From a virus: DNA of 64,000 nucleotides. Position numbers and translations under genes: made by a program. The notes under the pieces were generated by a model that did not search any database, was not told where the DNA came from, and saw only the letters and a list, made by a program, of their open reading frames with translations. The stretch is taken from positions 8,377 to 72,376 of the IMG/VR virus record IMGVR_UViG_3300024509_000014; one strand, written 5' to 3'. Positions 57,801-64,000 of this stretch are shown one piece after another (the stretch's first letter is position 1; each line of letters begins with the position of its first letter).

Positions 57801-60800
57801 CTGGACCGCTACCCCCACCACCACCTGAGCCATTTCCACCAGATCTACCTGAACCGCCTTGGCCGCTACCGCCAGACCCACCCGAGCCACCACCACCAGG
57901 ACCGCCAGGTCCACCGCCACCTCCAGGTCCACCTGGGCCACCGCCACCCGGACCACCAACCATCAGCCTCATAGACTCAAAGTCAGGCAAGATGTCCATC
58001 ATATTGGTGGGGCCAGCACCAGCTCTAGAGCGTGAACGACGATTTGAGCCATCATCGCTACCGCCACTGTCACCGCCAGAAACAGAAGGTCTTAAAACCA
58101 AATCGGGCAAAACATCAGGCAAATTAGTTGGACCAGCACCAACCGTTAAGCGCCAACGACGTGGTGTTTGATTTCCGGTTGGGATTGGCTTCAGATCGTC
58201 TGGAATAGTGCCGCCTGCCGGATCAATCAAATTACCTTGATTTTTGGGTTCTTGATAAATAGGCAAAGTCTGCAAGAATTTTTCGGTCGCGCCAACAGCT
58301 GGTTGTGTCGATAAAGATTCTTGCTTTTGAACGTCTGCCACCTTGGCGTCTACTGCTTCCTTTTTAACCTTGGCGGCAGTTTTTTTCGCGTTGGATTTGA
58401 CAGCTTCTTTTGTTGCCGTTTTCGCCGCAGCAATGTCCTTGCTTTCTTGTTCAGCGGCTTGTTCACGCGCCTTCATGGCGGCTACAAGAGCCGGCGGGGC
58501 CTGTCCGCTGAATCCGGGACTGCTGACTGCGTCGGCGATCTCGTCGTACTGTTCCTGGGAAAGCAGACTTTGCTTCTTCAGCTTTTCCGCCAGCCTTCGC
58601 AAATGCATGGGCGACATGTCATTGATGTCGACCCCGGTCCTTTGAGGCAAACCACTTTGAAGAATCTCTGTCTTCTGTTCAAGAGTGGCCACTTCTGCAA
58701 ACTGCTGCCTCCTTGCTGAAACAGCTTTTGCGGTCACAATGTTCTGACCCAGGATGCCTGTCGACGGAGCTTGTCCGCCAACTTTTTCCAGTTCTTGTTG
58801 ATCAATCCTCGCTCGTTTCTCTAGTTCTTTTTGTTCAGCTTTCAGCCGCTTCGCTTCGGCCATAGCCTCTTCGCGTTCTTTTTTCTTGCGTTCTTTTTCT
58901 TTTCTGTCCTGGTATTCTTTCTCTTTCTTTGCTTCTTCTTTTTGTTGTTTTTTAATGGCGGCTTCGCGTTTTGCCAATTCAGCTTTGGTGGGCGGTTTGA
59001 CATCTTTGCCAGTCATGCTGGCGTAATCGGCTACAGATTTGCCTTCATCCTGAAAAGGAACCAGATATTTGCGTACTGACGCTTCGAGAGGATCAAAATC
59101 AGATCCAATGTCATATGTCGACCTCAACTGATCGTATTGCTCGACCAGCTTTTCGCTGAGTCCAGGCTTGGGGCCAACACCGCTTTTCAGCAGATTCCAA
59201 ATTTGATTTGTGTCGAAGCCAGCCCCAGAACGACCAGGCCTTGTGACGTCAGCGATAATGTCATCAATGCCGAGCGAATCAATATCTTCGTATTTCTCGC
59301 CAAGCTGAAAAGCCGGAGGGAATTTCTTCTTGTTGCGCGCCTCGTACTCCTTGACAATTTCGGAGCGCAGTGTCTTCATCGTCTCATAACTTGATCCTTC
59401 TCCTGTCGAACTTTTCAGGTTGGCTTTTGCTTCTTCAAGTATCTGCGAAAAAACATCGCCAGACGAATATATTGTTCCGTTAGTTTGGAGGCCGGTTCCG
59501 GCCATGTCCATGCTGAGAATATTTTTAATGCGTCCTTGAGTGCTGGTCGGATTCAGTTTGTCCATCAAGGAAGTTCTGAGACCGGCGCCGGTTTTGCCAG
59601 TGATATCCAACCCCATAGTATCGGCAAGTGTTTTGACGCCCTCGTTGTTTAGTTTTTTAATGGCTTTTTGGACATCGTGCATGCCCGTGCCAATCATGTT
59701 CACGTCGGTGGCCGAACGGGCCTTTCCCCTGATCTCACCGATCATTTTCATGTCAGGCAAAGCTTTTTCGACGTTTTCAAGTAGTTTGTTCAATTCGGTT
59801 GCGGTCAAATTAAAACCATTTTTACGAGCTATCTGCTCAATCCGATTGCGCAAAAAGATGCCAGACTCTTCGATCTCGCCGCCATCATTGAAGCCCGGAA
59901 CCATGCCGGACGCGTTCAGATGCTTCAGTCGGGACAGGCCGATCTTCCTGGCTTCGCTGGGGGAGAAGACATATTCGCCGGGCGTCAACATCGTGGGCAC
60001 GGCACCGCTGGCCATGCGCGCCAGGTTGGAGGCGCCAGCTTTCTTGACCGAGGACTTGCGGACGACAAAGGAACCCGGCTGCAACGCCATGGGCACGCTG
60101 TCACTGTCGCCGACACCGGGAACGATACCGCCGCTGGCCCTGGTCAGCAGGTGCTGGTTGCCGGTGGTGGCGCCTCGGCCAAAGTTGGCGATAAACGGGC
60201 CGATATTGGAGCCGATCCGGACAGCGGCGAAGGCGGTCAGCAGGGGCAGGACCGGACGCAGGGCGTTGGTAATCGACAGGATACCCTTGGCGATCTCCTC
60301 GAACGCCCCGAAGGTCGCCTTGAATCCTTGCGTATCCATCATGGAACGCCCGAACTCCAGGTAGCTCTCCTTGAGCTTGGTCAACTTATTGGCGTAGCTG
60401 TCAGCAGCCTGGGCGGCATTGACATTGAGGCTGATGCGCCCGGCTTCCGCCACCATCAGGGCGCGTTCGCTGACCGCGAACTCCTGGATTAACGGAATGA
60501 CCTTGGAGATTTGACGATAACCACCCAGGTTTTCGACGATGGCGCTGTAGCGTGGATCAGCCTGGGGAAGCTGGGTGAGGGCGGCCGAAAGTCGACGCAC
60601 CGCCTCGTAGGCACCGACGAACTGGTTCTCCAGCCCCAGATCCCCCGCCTTGGAGGCCTCGTCACGCGTGAAGCGCAATTGTACGCCGATCTGCTTCAGC
60701 GACTCCACGGTGTCGTTACGCTGGATGCGGGTGAAGATGGTGCGCAAGCCGGTGGCAATCGATTCGGCCGATTCGCGAGTCGTCTGACGCACCGAAGTGA

Positions 60801-61533
60801 ACAAACCGAGCAGTTGGTTGAGGTCGCCACCCGTCGCGGCGAACGCACCACCAGCCCGACGCACCACTTCGATCAAGTCGCTGGCTTCGACGGCGAACTC
60901 GCCGGCTACCGCGTTCATGGAGCCGAGGGCGGCCTCCAGGTCCTTGCTCTTGATCTTGAACTGGTTCATCACGGCGATGGCGCCTTCGACCGTCTGCTCG
61001 ACTGAGTCGAAGTTGGGGGCCAGGGCGGACTTGGCCAGCGCCTCCAGGGCGTCTCGGGTCTCATTGATCGACAAGTTGGCCTGTTTTAGCGTCACCGCCG
61101 TCTTGATCAGGTCTTGGCTGGAAACGCCCAGGCTGGTCGACAAACGGCTGACCTCGCGGCCAATCGCCCCAACCTCGGAACCCGCCCCGGTGGCAACCTG
61201 TCGCAGGCGGACCATCTGTTTGTCAAATTCAACAGCCTCGCTGATGGCGGACCTGATACCTGAGGCAACCTGGATAAAAGGGATAGCGGCGATACTGAAA
61301 GCGGTGAAACGCTTGAAGGCCAAGCCGGACTGCTGGGCGAACCGCTCCACAGCATTGGTGGCCTGACCAATCTCGTTGACCACGCTACGGATGGCATTGA
61401 CGTCGGCACGGACTGGCACATTGACGGCGCCAACGCCCGAAGCGCGTAGTCCTGAGTTGATTTCATTGGCGATTTGGCGAACCGCCCCAGAGGCCAAACG
61501 AAGATTTAGCTGTCCAGTGATATCAAATGCCAT
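48832..61533 (-). CDS. Tail tape measure protein (TP901-family core), 4233 aa
   Basis: AISEAVEFDKQM, AVEASDL...RRAGGAF, TTRESAESIATGLRTIFTRIQ, LGGYRQISK; helical body; tail-module context. Confidence 0.92.
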   Translation of the reverse strand: MAFDITGQLNLRLASGAVRQIANEINSGLRASGVGAVNVPVRADVNAIRSVVNEIGQATNAVERFAQQSGLAFKRFTAFSIAAIPFIQVASGIRSAISEAVEFDKQMVRLRQVATGAGSEVGAIGREVSRLSTSLGVSSQDLIKTAVTLKQANLSINETRDALEALAKSALAPNFDSVEQTVEGAIAVMNQFKIKSKDLEAALGSMNAVAGEFAVEASDLIEVVRRAGGAFAATGGDLNQLLGLFTSVRQTTRESAESIATGLRTIFTRIQRNDTVESLKQIGVQLRFTRDEASKAGDLGLENQFVGAYEAVRRLSAALTQLPQADPRYSAIVENLGGYRQISKVIPLIQEFAVSERALMVAEAGRISLNVNAAQAADSYANKLTKLKESYLEFGRSMMDTQGFKATFGAFEEIAKGILSITNALRPVLPLLTAFAAVRIGSNIGPFIANFGRGATTGNQHLLTRASGGIVPGVGDSDSVPMALQPGSFVVRKSSVKKAGASNLARMASGAVPTMLTPGEYVFSPSEARKIGLSRLKHLNASGMVPGFNDGGEIEESGIFLRNRIEQIARKNGFNLTATELNKLLENVEKALPDMKMIGEIRGKARSATDVNMIGTGMHDVQKAIKKLNNEGVKTLADTMGLDITGKTGAGLRTSLMDKLNPTSTQGRIKNILSMDMAGTGLQTNGTIYSSGDVFSQILEEAKANLKSSTGEGSSYETMKTLRSEIVKEYEARNKKKFPPAFQLGEKYEDIDSLGIDDIIADVTRPGRSGAGFDTNQIWNLLKSGVGPKPGLSEKLVEQYDQLRSTYDIGSDFDPLEASVRKYLVPFQDEGKSVADYASMTGKDVKPPTKAELAKREAAIKKQQKEEAKKEKEYQDRKEKERKKKEREEAMAEAKRLKAEQKELEKRARIDQQELEKVGGQAPSTGILGQNIVTAKAVSARRQQFAEVATLEQKTEILQSGLPQRTGVDINDMSPMHLRRLAEKLKKQSLLSQEQYDEIADAVSSPGFSGQAPPALVAAMKAREQAAEQESKDIAAAKTATKEAVKSNAKKTAAKVKKEAVDAKVADVQKQESLSTQPAVGATEKFLQTLPIYQEPKNQGNLIDPAGGTIPDDLKPIPTGNQTPRRWRLTVGAGPTNLPDVLPDLVLRPSVSGGDSGGSDDGSNRRSRSRAGAGPTNMMDILPDFESMRLMVGGPGGGGPGGPGGGGGPGGPGGGGSGGSGGSGQGGSGRSGGNGSGGGGGSGPGGGGPGGPGGGGGGPGGGGPGGPGGPGGGGPGGPSGPGGPGGGSGGGGPPDNPFDPARTYGRNFDLYGGSPDRFFARLATISRNNNDIGPLSRTVSTIGAEDMPRFLSEMSRTQETGNILSRTILRALERTRPELSNNQRYQMAQEQATNIFDNANSIIRAQETANEAEFRRTQAQQRSQDIRNLPQMVSTVNDLRERAIADPTFHAEYTRVFNELNETARRIGMNEGIDPNLLVGMENGRMRMSTVHQGNLDASARENDIMAENATRQATRAREQAEQLARQLEGIGANISRDANGLESVQFAGGANLFGAGTNIVNEMPQDSLGRILERRINDRIAQIDPNGRGRNISDATRQSVEQEETRRLHDEWVNGRRNQIAAERGLTNMTAATTAASEEFMRSLENGTRAIERQTATGNVVVNRQSFDRGNTGDARSNSYQDVINRRLATEMRRVDPTGAGANLPEQTRARLLQRVINQTNEQLLASLQTHVRLENRINDSEVVLEMANRRLADAIENNVDVQDRNGRAVLQDTARRGYDRPGSRLSAFGGMAAQKIGGMFTSQTGFFALQAGASFLGDYASRSAGSAEAAVESGSQNSFVNTRAGGSALQGAGLGASVAMGLGFTGIGLGVSAAAGALLMFTDSLKAAANEVSEASIASSMKKMNDSLSNFAKGMTTIDPTTIRRLQTDIDNQMSQVARRNSSIFGLIPYYSNESFNGELDVRRREMASAQVPAQMDALTKIIEEQAKNNANDNAINNERTRRQLFEEAIYRSRQGLGGSLLGRVASGTNQSFESLEKKLFDSFKRIQENEVSRKKQETVESSVNNAAAMFNNFSSVLSFATQRLTSMASATKSLTDIMDGSVSVSAGTSLADSLQRPFSGDTSEFMSAVRSITSMAGAAGGDVEKSAEVVSVTGRILPSIISAIRSQPSRELAVGQNFSVQIADMLRQRLQDQGLDANAISSVTNLIQSQLGEEDFTKLLRKTGEDMGAVVNDLLAPIAEPLRKNLGSMGQNLAEKAKIFANDLSELGSRVRAVGELMDRANSAQINAERNRVQTMLRRGAIRDDSGEEALFDLALRQQDLRQARLTGFGGNAVFRKPQDIANAQNPEKINEALRATVAQIAAVEKKINAANRDGNNKAQFDAQNEMSKLKVRAADLGQALKNLTDTTERNAVAQDRLNKIQADREGRQSLGLRYATSNLEGRSEIAKSFSLISQAAQMGSAAPFSVRDQNQIFSTLSSLSPQMRLQGLGGISVKELTTQLLNSTFGGAFDLDPQSAAMEKALDSFVQQNFDIASRAAQLQVDTQEQLLGDFFTKLQSNQQAFLENMAKAMADVAKQGLETQRSMAITRVKDLEKNVGDTSILGKLGVKTDDEFKMFAGAIRNPNVGAMLEAGNRIMGGDKLMERARGGADNFAGKLAGSVGEMSVRETVGTAAGAIKTQLEEIGFTDEKDRSNILVKMDQYFRDRGINKNFVNAEEDVKKALIAASASVIGERTKSARDDFSRAETGLRNSTSLPDSIIKNLAQGAQRDFDTVTLSSLERSVGIVNGMNVGFTKMGELLKEAKDKLDSLNKAIGDVAPVRRAGGGPIRFFNKGGWGSEGSSTPHSSDTVNARIAPNEFVVSSVAAQKNKALLERINSGMPAFAEGGEANEAFGRIGDLGKGVKFDSNLANSTMSKDDLEKSKELIRKNATLLFLSQIKSMDKEKRTAFLDKQIGMIGKELPKNDQQAGVFDALMQVIKIRQEKKKVYDDAIKAQEDQKNAPVFPDLLPKLDGYHLSLRQASVSKAFGSPPFQVESIISGIKDTVDSLAAQEEAQRTAAKDVSKAFSASAGESIEDLINNEPRLIEFKNLINDFMYRQALSSPAFRGLETLGEWNYTDKQMEKDKSLRMIRKNHPISVIEGLYTGKNALREKANQELSEQNYPQGPEEYTKEIYALMVGEVSAKIRSAEDLRKNVESVLRSRRKFDEIKAPDFDQAILEAIDQTIAKLKEDNKQFPGLMANFGTAKVSADNRRNAFVTPEKRLAEMVSSVKPEAIDAKTMVGLVKQQGLAKEAELFNKVNPALQTKILNDAMSRIETGKYKPGELDLIKSMGLDLTDTSNISAEELEKYREQEPNMPVIQRAYLRHLMREASFKADLLKRDPNTFNEGEKTLYLMNQERIAQSYALERIQDKEERIKLDRFGRFLIANPALIQARMSDAEEKGAKTYAEEAALLSMILGLLGKPTTFPSVAKVFKDRPITPGAKVGAEQAPVAPAEFGMEEAGGMKFATGGLVPGVGNTDSVRTNLPVGSYVIRKSSVQSLGANTLASLPHLAKGGVVPAMVMPGEHIYTPEEASKIGVGNLDYINKNGKLPGFERGTPGGVKADANARAAAANGFGVPKPPAFNDPNWQMIPNGDGTFRLVQAGGARWGAAQNMMPGMMPGVNVQMPPAQVGMPINNPLMGMAMGQGANGNAGAVKMPGQNEGNAAAELEQIMAGNLMAANKDLDILGAKAEFYQLRNQMRNPRARTKENVARLRELYAQLSNPVIAQMDAEKRRSSAEEALALFQNSPKEFFALVNSFRAEMSDKKKSYKERLAAKEKYEEYSFAARMIPPQALRAAMAGNNQPKGPANNDLIAKEWEKKRADVAAHNERMRATGKIPKNGPEAVEQHNIGVEIRRGKQLSGPEAVAAHNARVKAREQDRPAPNPEAARADHLKKMLDTAQENYLKTGDPRFLEEINKLKNPGQVKAQEQAEAQRVMDEYRAQQKKDAENNKIAQWHVQEGIEDIRDPGGVKRKAERERKEQEAQEQKMRAFYEEKAKSRQAFEAKLASNDVAADELRRKIRGEDLGVAIKRASGGIVPGVGSGDIVPAMLEPGELVVPKRQVQKFANGGVVGGIQGFANGGMAQGGPDLLDVAARFNQAATQISQGLSGFSTSVSTFNGAVANFGTFVDKFDEAVGKIPGQIELSGANDISVNLMGQDSIVKAVTEAIGPMIAQAIRDSQPVEQRAQ
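57654..57958 (-). repeat. Gly/Pro (GGPGG)n low-complexity repeat inside the tape measure gene
   Basis: About 100 codons of GGPGGGGPGGPGG... Confidence 0.9.
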
Positions 61534-61544
61534 ATTAACCCCGC

Positions 61545-61595
61545 AAAATAAATAGGCGGTGGCCCCTGCTCACAAAGGAGAAGAGACCACCGCCC
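61545..61595 (-). terminator. Terminator/attenuator-like hairpin upstream of the tape measure gene
   Basis: GGCGGTGGTCTCT...AGGGGCCACCGCC followed by TATTTATTTT on the minus strand. Confidence 0.6.
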
Positions 61596-61617
61596 GCAGT
61601 AAGCCTGTCCGGTTCAA

Positions 61618-61631
61618 CAGAAATTACACCG
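61618..61631 (-). promoter_or_regulatory. Putative late-promoter motif CGGTGTAATTTCTG (copy 2)
   Basis: Exact match to 42332-42345; overlaps the upstream stop codon. Confidence 0.45.
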
Positions 61632-62448
61632 GGGGAACAACCTCGGGAGCACTAACAATCGGGTTTCCTTCGTCATCCAGGAAGGGTTTCTCGTCGACGA
61701 GGAAATTGCCTTCCTCGTCCACCAGATTCCCCTCCCGATCGACAAATTGACCCGCCTCGTTGATGTACCGGCCGTTCTCGTCCACCAGCCGACCGTCGGC
61801 ATCGACCTTGCGGCCCTGCTTGTCGATCAGATGGAGGGTTTCGTCGGCAAACTTGTACTTGACCAGGAACTGGTTCTCGGGGAGCTTCTTCTCGTAGTCG
61901 TCCTCGAGGTTGTAGATGATCTTGGCCAGGGCGGATGCGGCGGGGCCGACGGCGGGGTCATCCTCCTTGGTCATGTACTCCTCGTAAGACCTGAAGTAGG
62001 GCTTGCCGTCGTTGGCGTGGACGGTGCAGACCGATACCCAGTAGTTAAACTGGGCGTTGTCGGCCTGGGCTTCCGCCGAGTTGTTGTCCAGGCTCATGCG
62101 CTCCGAATTGAGGCTGCGCAGCTCGGCCCGGTCACGGCGAAGCTGGATGGCCAGATCGCGTGCCTCGGACAGCTTGATGCCGCCGGAGCGGACCTTGCGT
62201 TCCTTGTCGCCGATCGCAGCCTGGAGCTTGCGCAGCTCGGCTTCCTTGTGGTCGTCCCAGAGCTTCTGTTCGCGCATCACGCTCTCGATCTTCGCCCGGA
62301 GGATTGCTCCGGACTCGACCGCCTCACGGAAAGCCTTGTTGTAGACTTTCTGTGCTTCCTGGCGCTGCTTGGCGTTGGGGCGAAGGACGGCCAAATCGAC
62401 CTCCTTGCCACCGATCTCAACCTTAAACGTCTTCTTGTTGGCGCTCAC
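61624..62448 (-). CDS. Putative tail assembly chaperone with C-terminal DxxG repeats
   Basis: Directly upstream of the tape measure gene; GGAGG RBS before GTG 62448; (V/I)DxxG units. Confidence 0.65.
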   Translation of the reverse strand: MSANKKTFKVEIGGKEVDLAVLRPNAKQRQEAQKVYNKAFREAVESGAILRAKIESVMREQKLWDDHKEAELRKLQAAIGDKERKVRSGGIKLSEARDLAIQLRRDRAELRSLNSERMSLDNNSAEAQADNAQFNYWVSVCTVHANDGKPYFRSYEEYMTKEDDPAVGPAASALAKIIYNLEDDYEKKLPENQFLVKYKFADETLHLIDKQGRKVDADGRLVDENGRYINEAGQFVDREGNLVDEEGNFLVDEKPFLDDEGNPIVSAPEVVPPV

Positions 62449-62813
62449 GATTCCTCCTCCACGGGTAGGGTCTTCTGACAACGGTTCCAGCTAACCGTGT
62501 ATTGGGCCAGTTCTGATTCGACGGCACGCAGCTGGGCGTTGCCGTTGTTCAGGATCGAGGAGCGACAGGTTTCCCAGATCTGCTTCCATTTCTCCTTGGC
62601 TGCTTCCCGCTGCTCCGGCGTAGCGTTGTGGCCCCACAACTCGCCGAAGCTTTGTTCCACGGCGCTCAGGGCGCCGATGAAAGCGGTTCGCATTTTCGTG
62701 GAAAGAATCCTCTGGAGACGAACGCGTGAATTGCGCTCGTGGTTCCTGGCGGCTTCCTCCTCCGTCCGACGGGCCGCGTCCGCAGCGGCCTCCATCTGGT
62801 TATAAGCATCCAC
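62445..62813 (-). CDS. Hypothetical helical protein
   Basis: AAGGAGG RBS; GTGA overlap with the next gene. Confidence 0.7.
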   Translation of the reverse strand: MDAYNQMEAAADAARRTEEEAARNHERNSRVRLQRILSTKMRTAFIGALSAVEQSFGELWGHNATPEQREAAKEKWKQIWETCRSSILNNGNAQLRAVESELAQYTVSWNRCQKTLPVEEES

Positions 62814-62824
62814 GGGGGTCCTCC

Positions 62825-63868
62825 TTATTGACCGGGCAGGGACCGCTGAGCCATCATCATGATCTCCCGACGGGAGTCGGGCATGTGCTGTTCCTCGACC
62901 TCGCCCTTTTTGGCGATGTGTGCCAGTCTCTCTCTTTTAATCGCGGCAGCCTGGGGGCTGTTCAAAGATTCGATGTTTTGCAGGTCCTCGTCGGTTTCCG
63001 CGACCAGGAAGATCTCGCCGGAGTCGGGCAGTTTCATCCCGGAAAGCACGGCCTCGGCTGTGGCTTCCTTCCGTTGGCGCTCACGCTCCTTGCGCTGGAT
63101 GATCAGCCACCCGTCGAACGCGTCGTCATCTTTCAAGATGTCGTCATGCGGCGGATTGGGGTGTTCGGCGACATTGTCGTAGAGTTGCGACCAGGAGAGC
63201 AGGCTGCGCTGTTCCTCGGTCAGATCAACGGCGCACTTACCGAAGATATCCAGGCAGTTGGCCTTGCAGTTCCAGACCGAACGCCAGTGGTCGGATCGGG
63301 CGATGGCGCGCATGGCGGAATCGGATATCTGGGCGTCCGAATAGGTCGTCACGGCCTCGTCCAGCAGGGAGTCGTTTCCCTTGTAGAAATCGTCACCTTT
63401 CCAGACCCGCTTGCCCTTGTCGTCCAACAAGCCACTGCCGACCAGATAACGGGTGCGGGCAACTTGCGCAAAACCGCTGGCGCCCATCGACGCGTAGACA
63501 TTCTTCTGGTTGTAGAGGGAGGCGAGTTCGATCCTGGCGACCTGAAGAGCTTTCCGTGAGAAATCCCGCTCCTTGGACTTGAAGAAAGCCCTGAAGAGGC
63601 CGACTTTCAGTTTCTCGATATCCTTGTTGAGCGTCTCGATCTTTTTCTCGCGCTCATCATCCCAGAGACCGCTGGAACGCATCAGGGCGTCTATCTCGTC
63701 ATCGCTGTAGAGTTCGTCGACCAAACCCTCAGCCAGGGCTTCCTGGTAGACCTGTTGGGCCTTGTAGCGACGCAAACGGCCTGGCTGGCGGATCAGGTAC
63801 CGCTTGCCGTCGACGGAGAAGCGCAGACAACCCGCAATGATGCGGGCGATCAGAAGCTCGAAATCCAA
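62825..63868 (-). CDS. Putative tail assembly chaperone (distant paralog of 61624..62448)
   Basis: AQQVYQEAL versus AQKVYNKAF, GLWDDEREK versus KLWDDHKE, ARIELASL versus DRAELRSL; TTG start with GGAGG RBS. Confidence 0.65.
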   Translation of the reverse strand: MDFELLIARIIAGCLRFSVDGKRYLIRQPGRLRRYKAQQVYQEALAEGLVDELYSDDEIDALMRSSGLWDDEREKKIETLNKDIEKLKVGLFRAFFKSKERDFSRKALQVARIELASLYNQKNVYASMGASGFAQVARTRYLVGSGLLDDKGKRVWKGDDFYKGNDSLLDEAVTTYSDAQISDSAMRAIARSDHWRSVWNCKANCLDIFGKCAVDLTEEQRSLLSWSQLYDNVAEHPNPPHDDILKDDDAFDGWLIIQRKERERQRKEATAEAVLSGMKLPDSGEIFLVAETDEDLQNIESLNSPQAAAIKRERLAHIAKKGEVEEQHMPDSRREIMMMAQRSLPGQ

Positions 63869-63883
63869 GGCGTCCTCCAAAGA

Positions 63884-63911
63884 GAAGAGGGGGCCTTGCG
63901 GCCCCCCCTCC
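63884..63911 (-). terminator. Terminator-like hairpin with GCAA tetraloop
   Basis: GGAGGGGGGGCC-GCAA-GGCCCCCTCTTC followed by TCTTT. Confidence 0.7.
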
Positions 63912-63937
63912 GTCATTCCTTACTAACCGGGCAAGAC

Positions 63938-64000
63938 TCAGACCTTGTTCACGGTCAGGTCGTTGAAGGTGCGGAAGCTGTAGGTCACCGTGCGGTTGGC
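63938..64000 (-). CDS. 3' end of a probable major tail (tube) protein (partial)
   Basis: Reads ANRTVTYSFRTFNDLTVNKV-stop; followed by a terminator and chaperone-like genes. Confidence 0.45.
   Translation of the reverse strand, partial: ANRTVTYSFRTFNDLTVNKV

Larger units (their letters stand above)
1..64000. mobile_element. Large tailed bacteriophage genome segment (replication, glycosylation and tail modules)
   Basis: Tape measure protein, phage-type replication set (DnaB, primase, DnaE, SSB, RecA, dNMP kinase, MazG, PhoH, NrdJ), many short overlapping hypothetical ORFs, no cellular housekeeping operons. Confidence 0.95.

Noticed and set aside
57626-58171. Collagen-like Pro-rich plus-strand ORF
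   Set aside because: Reverse complement of the Gly/Pro tract in the tape measure gene; no RBS
63869-63916. N-terminal extension of ORF 62825..63916 from ATG 63916
   Set aside because: Overlaps a terminator hairpin; TTG 63868 has a good GGAGG RBS
1-64000. Stop-codon reassignment or tRNA genes
   Set aside because: Genes are intact in the standard code and end in TAA, TGA and TAG; no cloverleaf recognised in the few intergenic gaps

Overview
The whole window looks like part of a large tailed dsDNA bacteriophage genome (standard genetic code, densely packed operon-like genes; no rRNA, tRNA or CRISPR array recognised). Plus strand 1-7.7 kb: a papain-fold peptidase cassette and paralogous virion/fibre proteins, one with mucin-like Thr tracts. 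Plus strand 7.8-27.4 kb: nucleotide metabolism and replication (class II RNR, RecA with an intein, DnaB, primase, dNMP kinase, Cas4-like nuclease, MazG, HAD nucleotidase, DnaE split into two genes around a DEDDh exonuclease, SSB). Plus strand 27.4-38 kb: a glycan-modification cluster containing PhoH, an Ate1/Bpt-like tRNA-dependent transferase and several enzymes with eroded catalytic motifs. A terminator at about 40.05 kb separates this from a minus-strand tail module (GT2, Cys-rich proteins, putative tail-tip proteins, a 4233-aa tape measure protein, putative chaperones, 3' end of a probable tail tube gene). Most notable: the glycosylation/aminoacyl-transfer cluster, a class 3-type intein starting with Glu in the RecA P-loop, the intein-free split DnaE, and several hairpins that occlude ribosome-binding sites plus a 14-bp motif repeated upstream of late genes. 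All family calls come from motif recognition by eye; no database searches were run.
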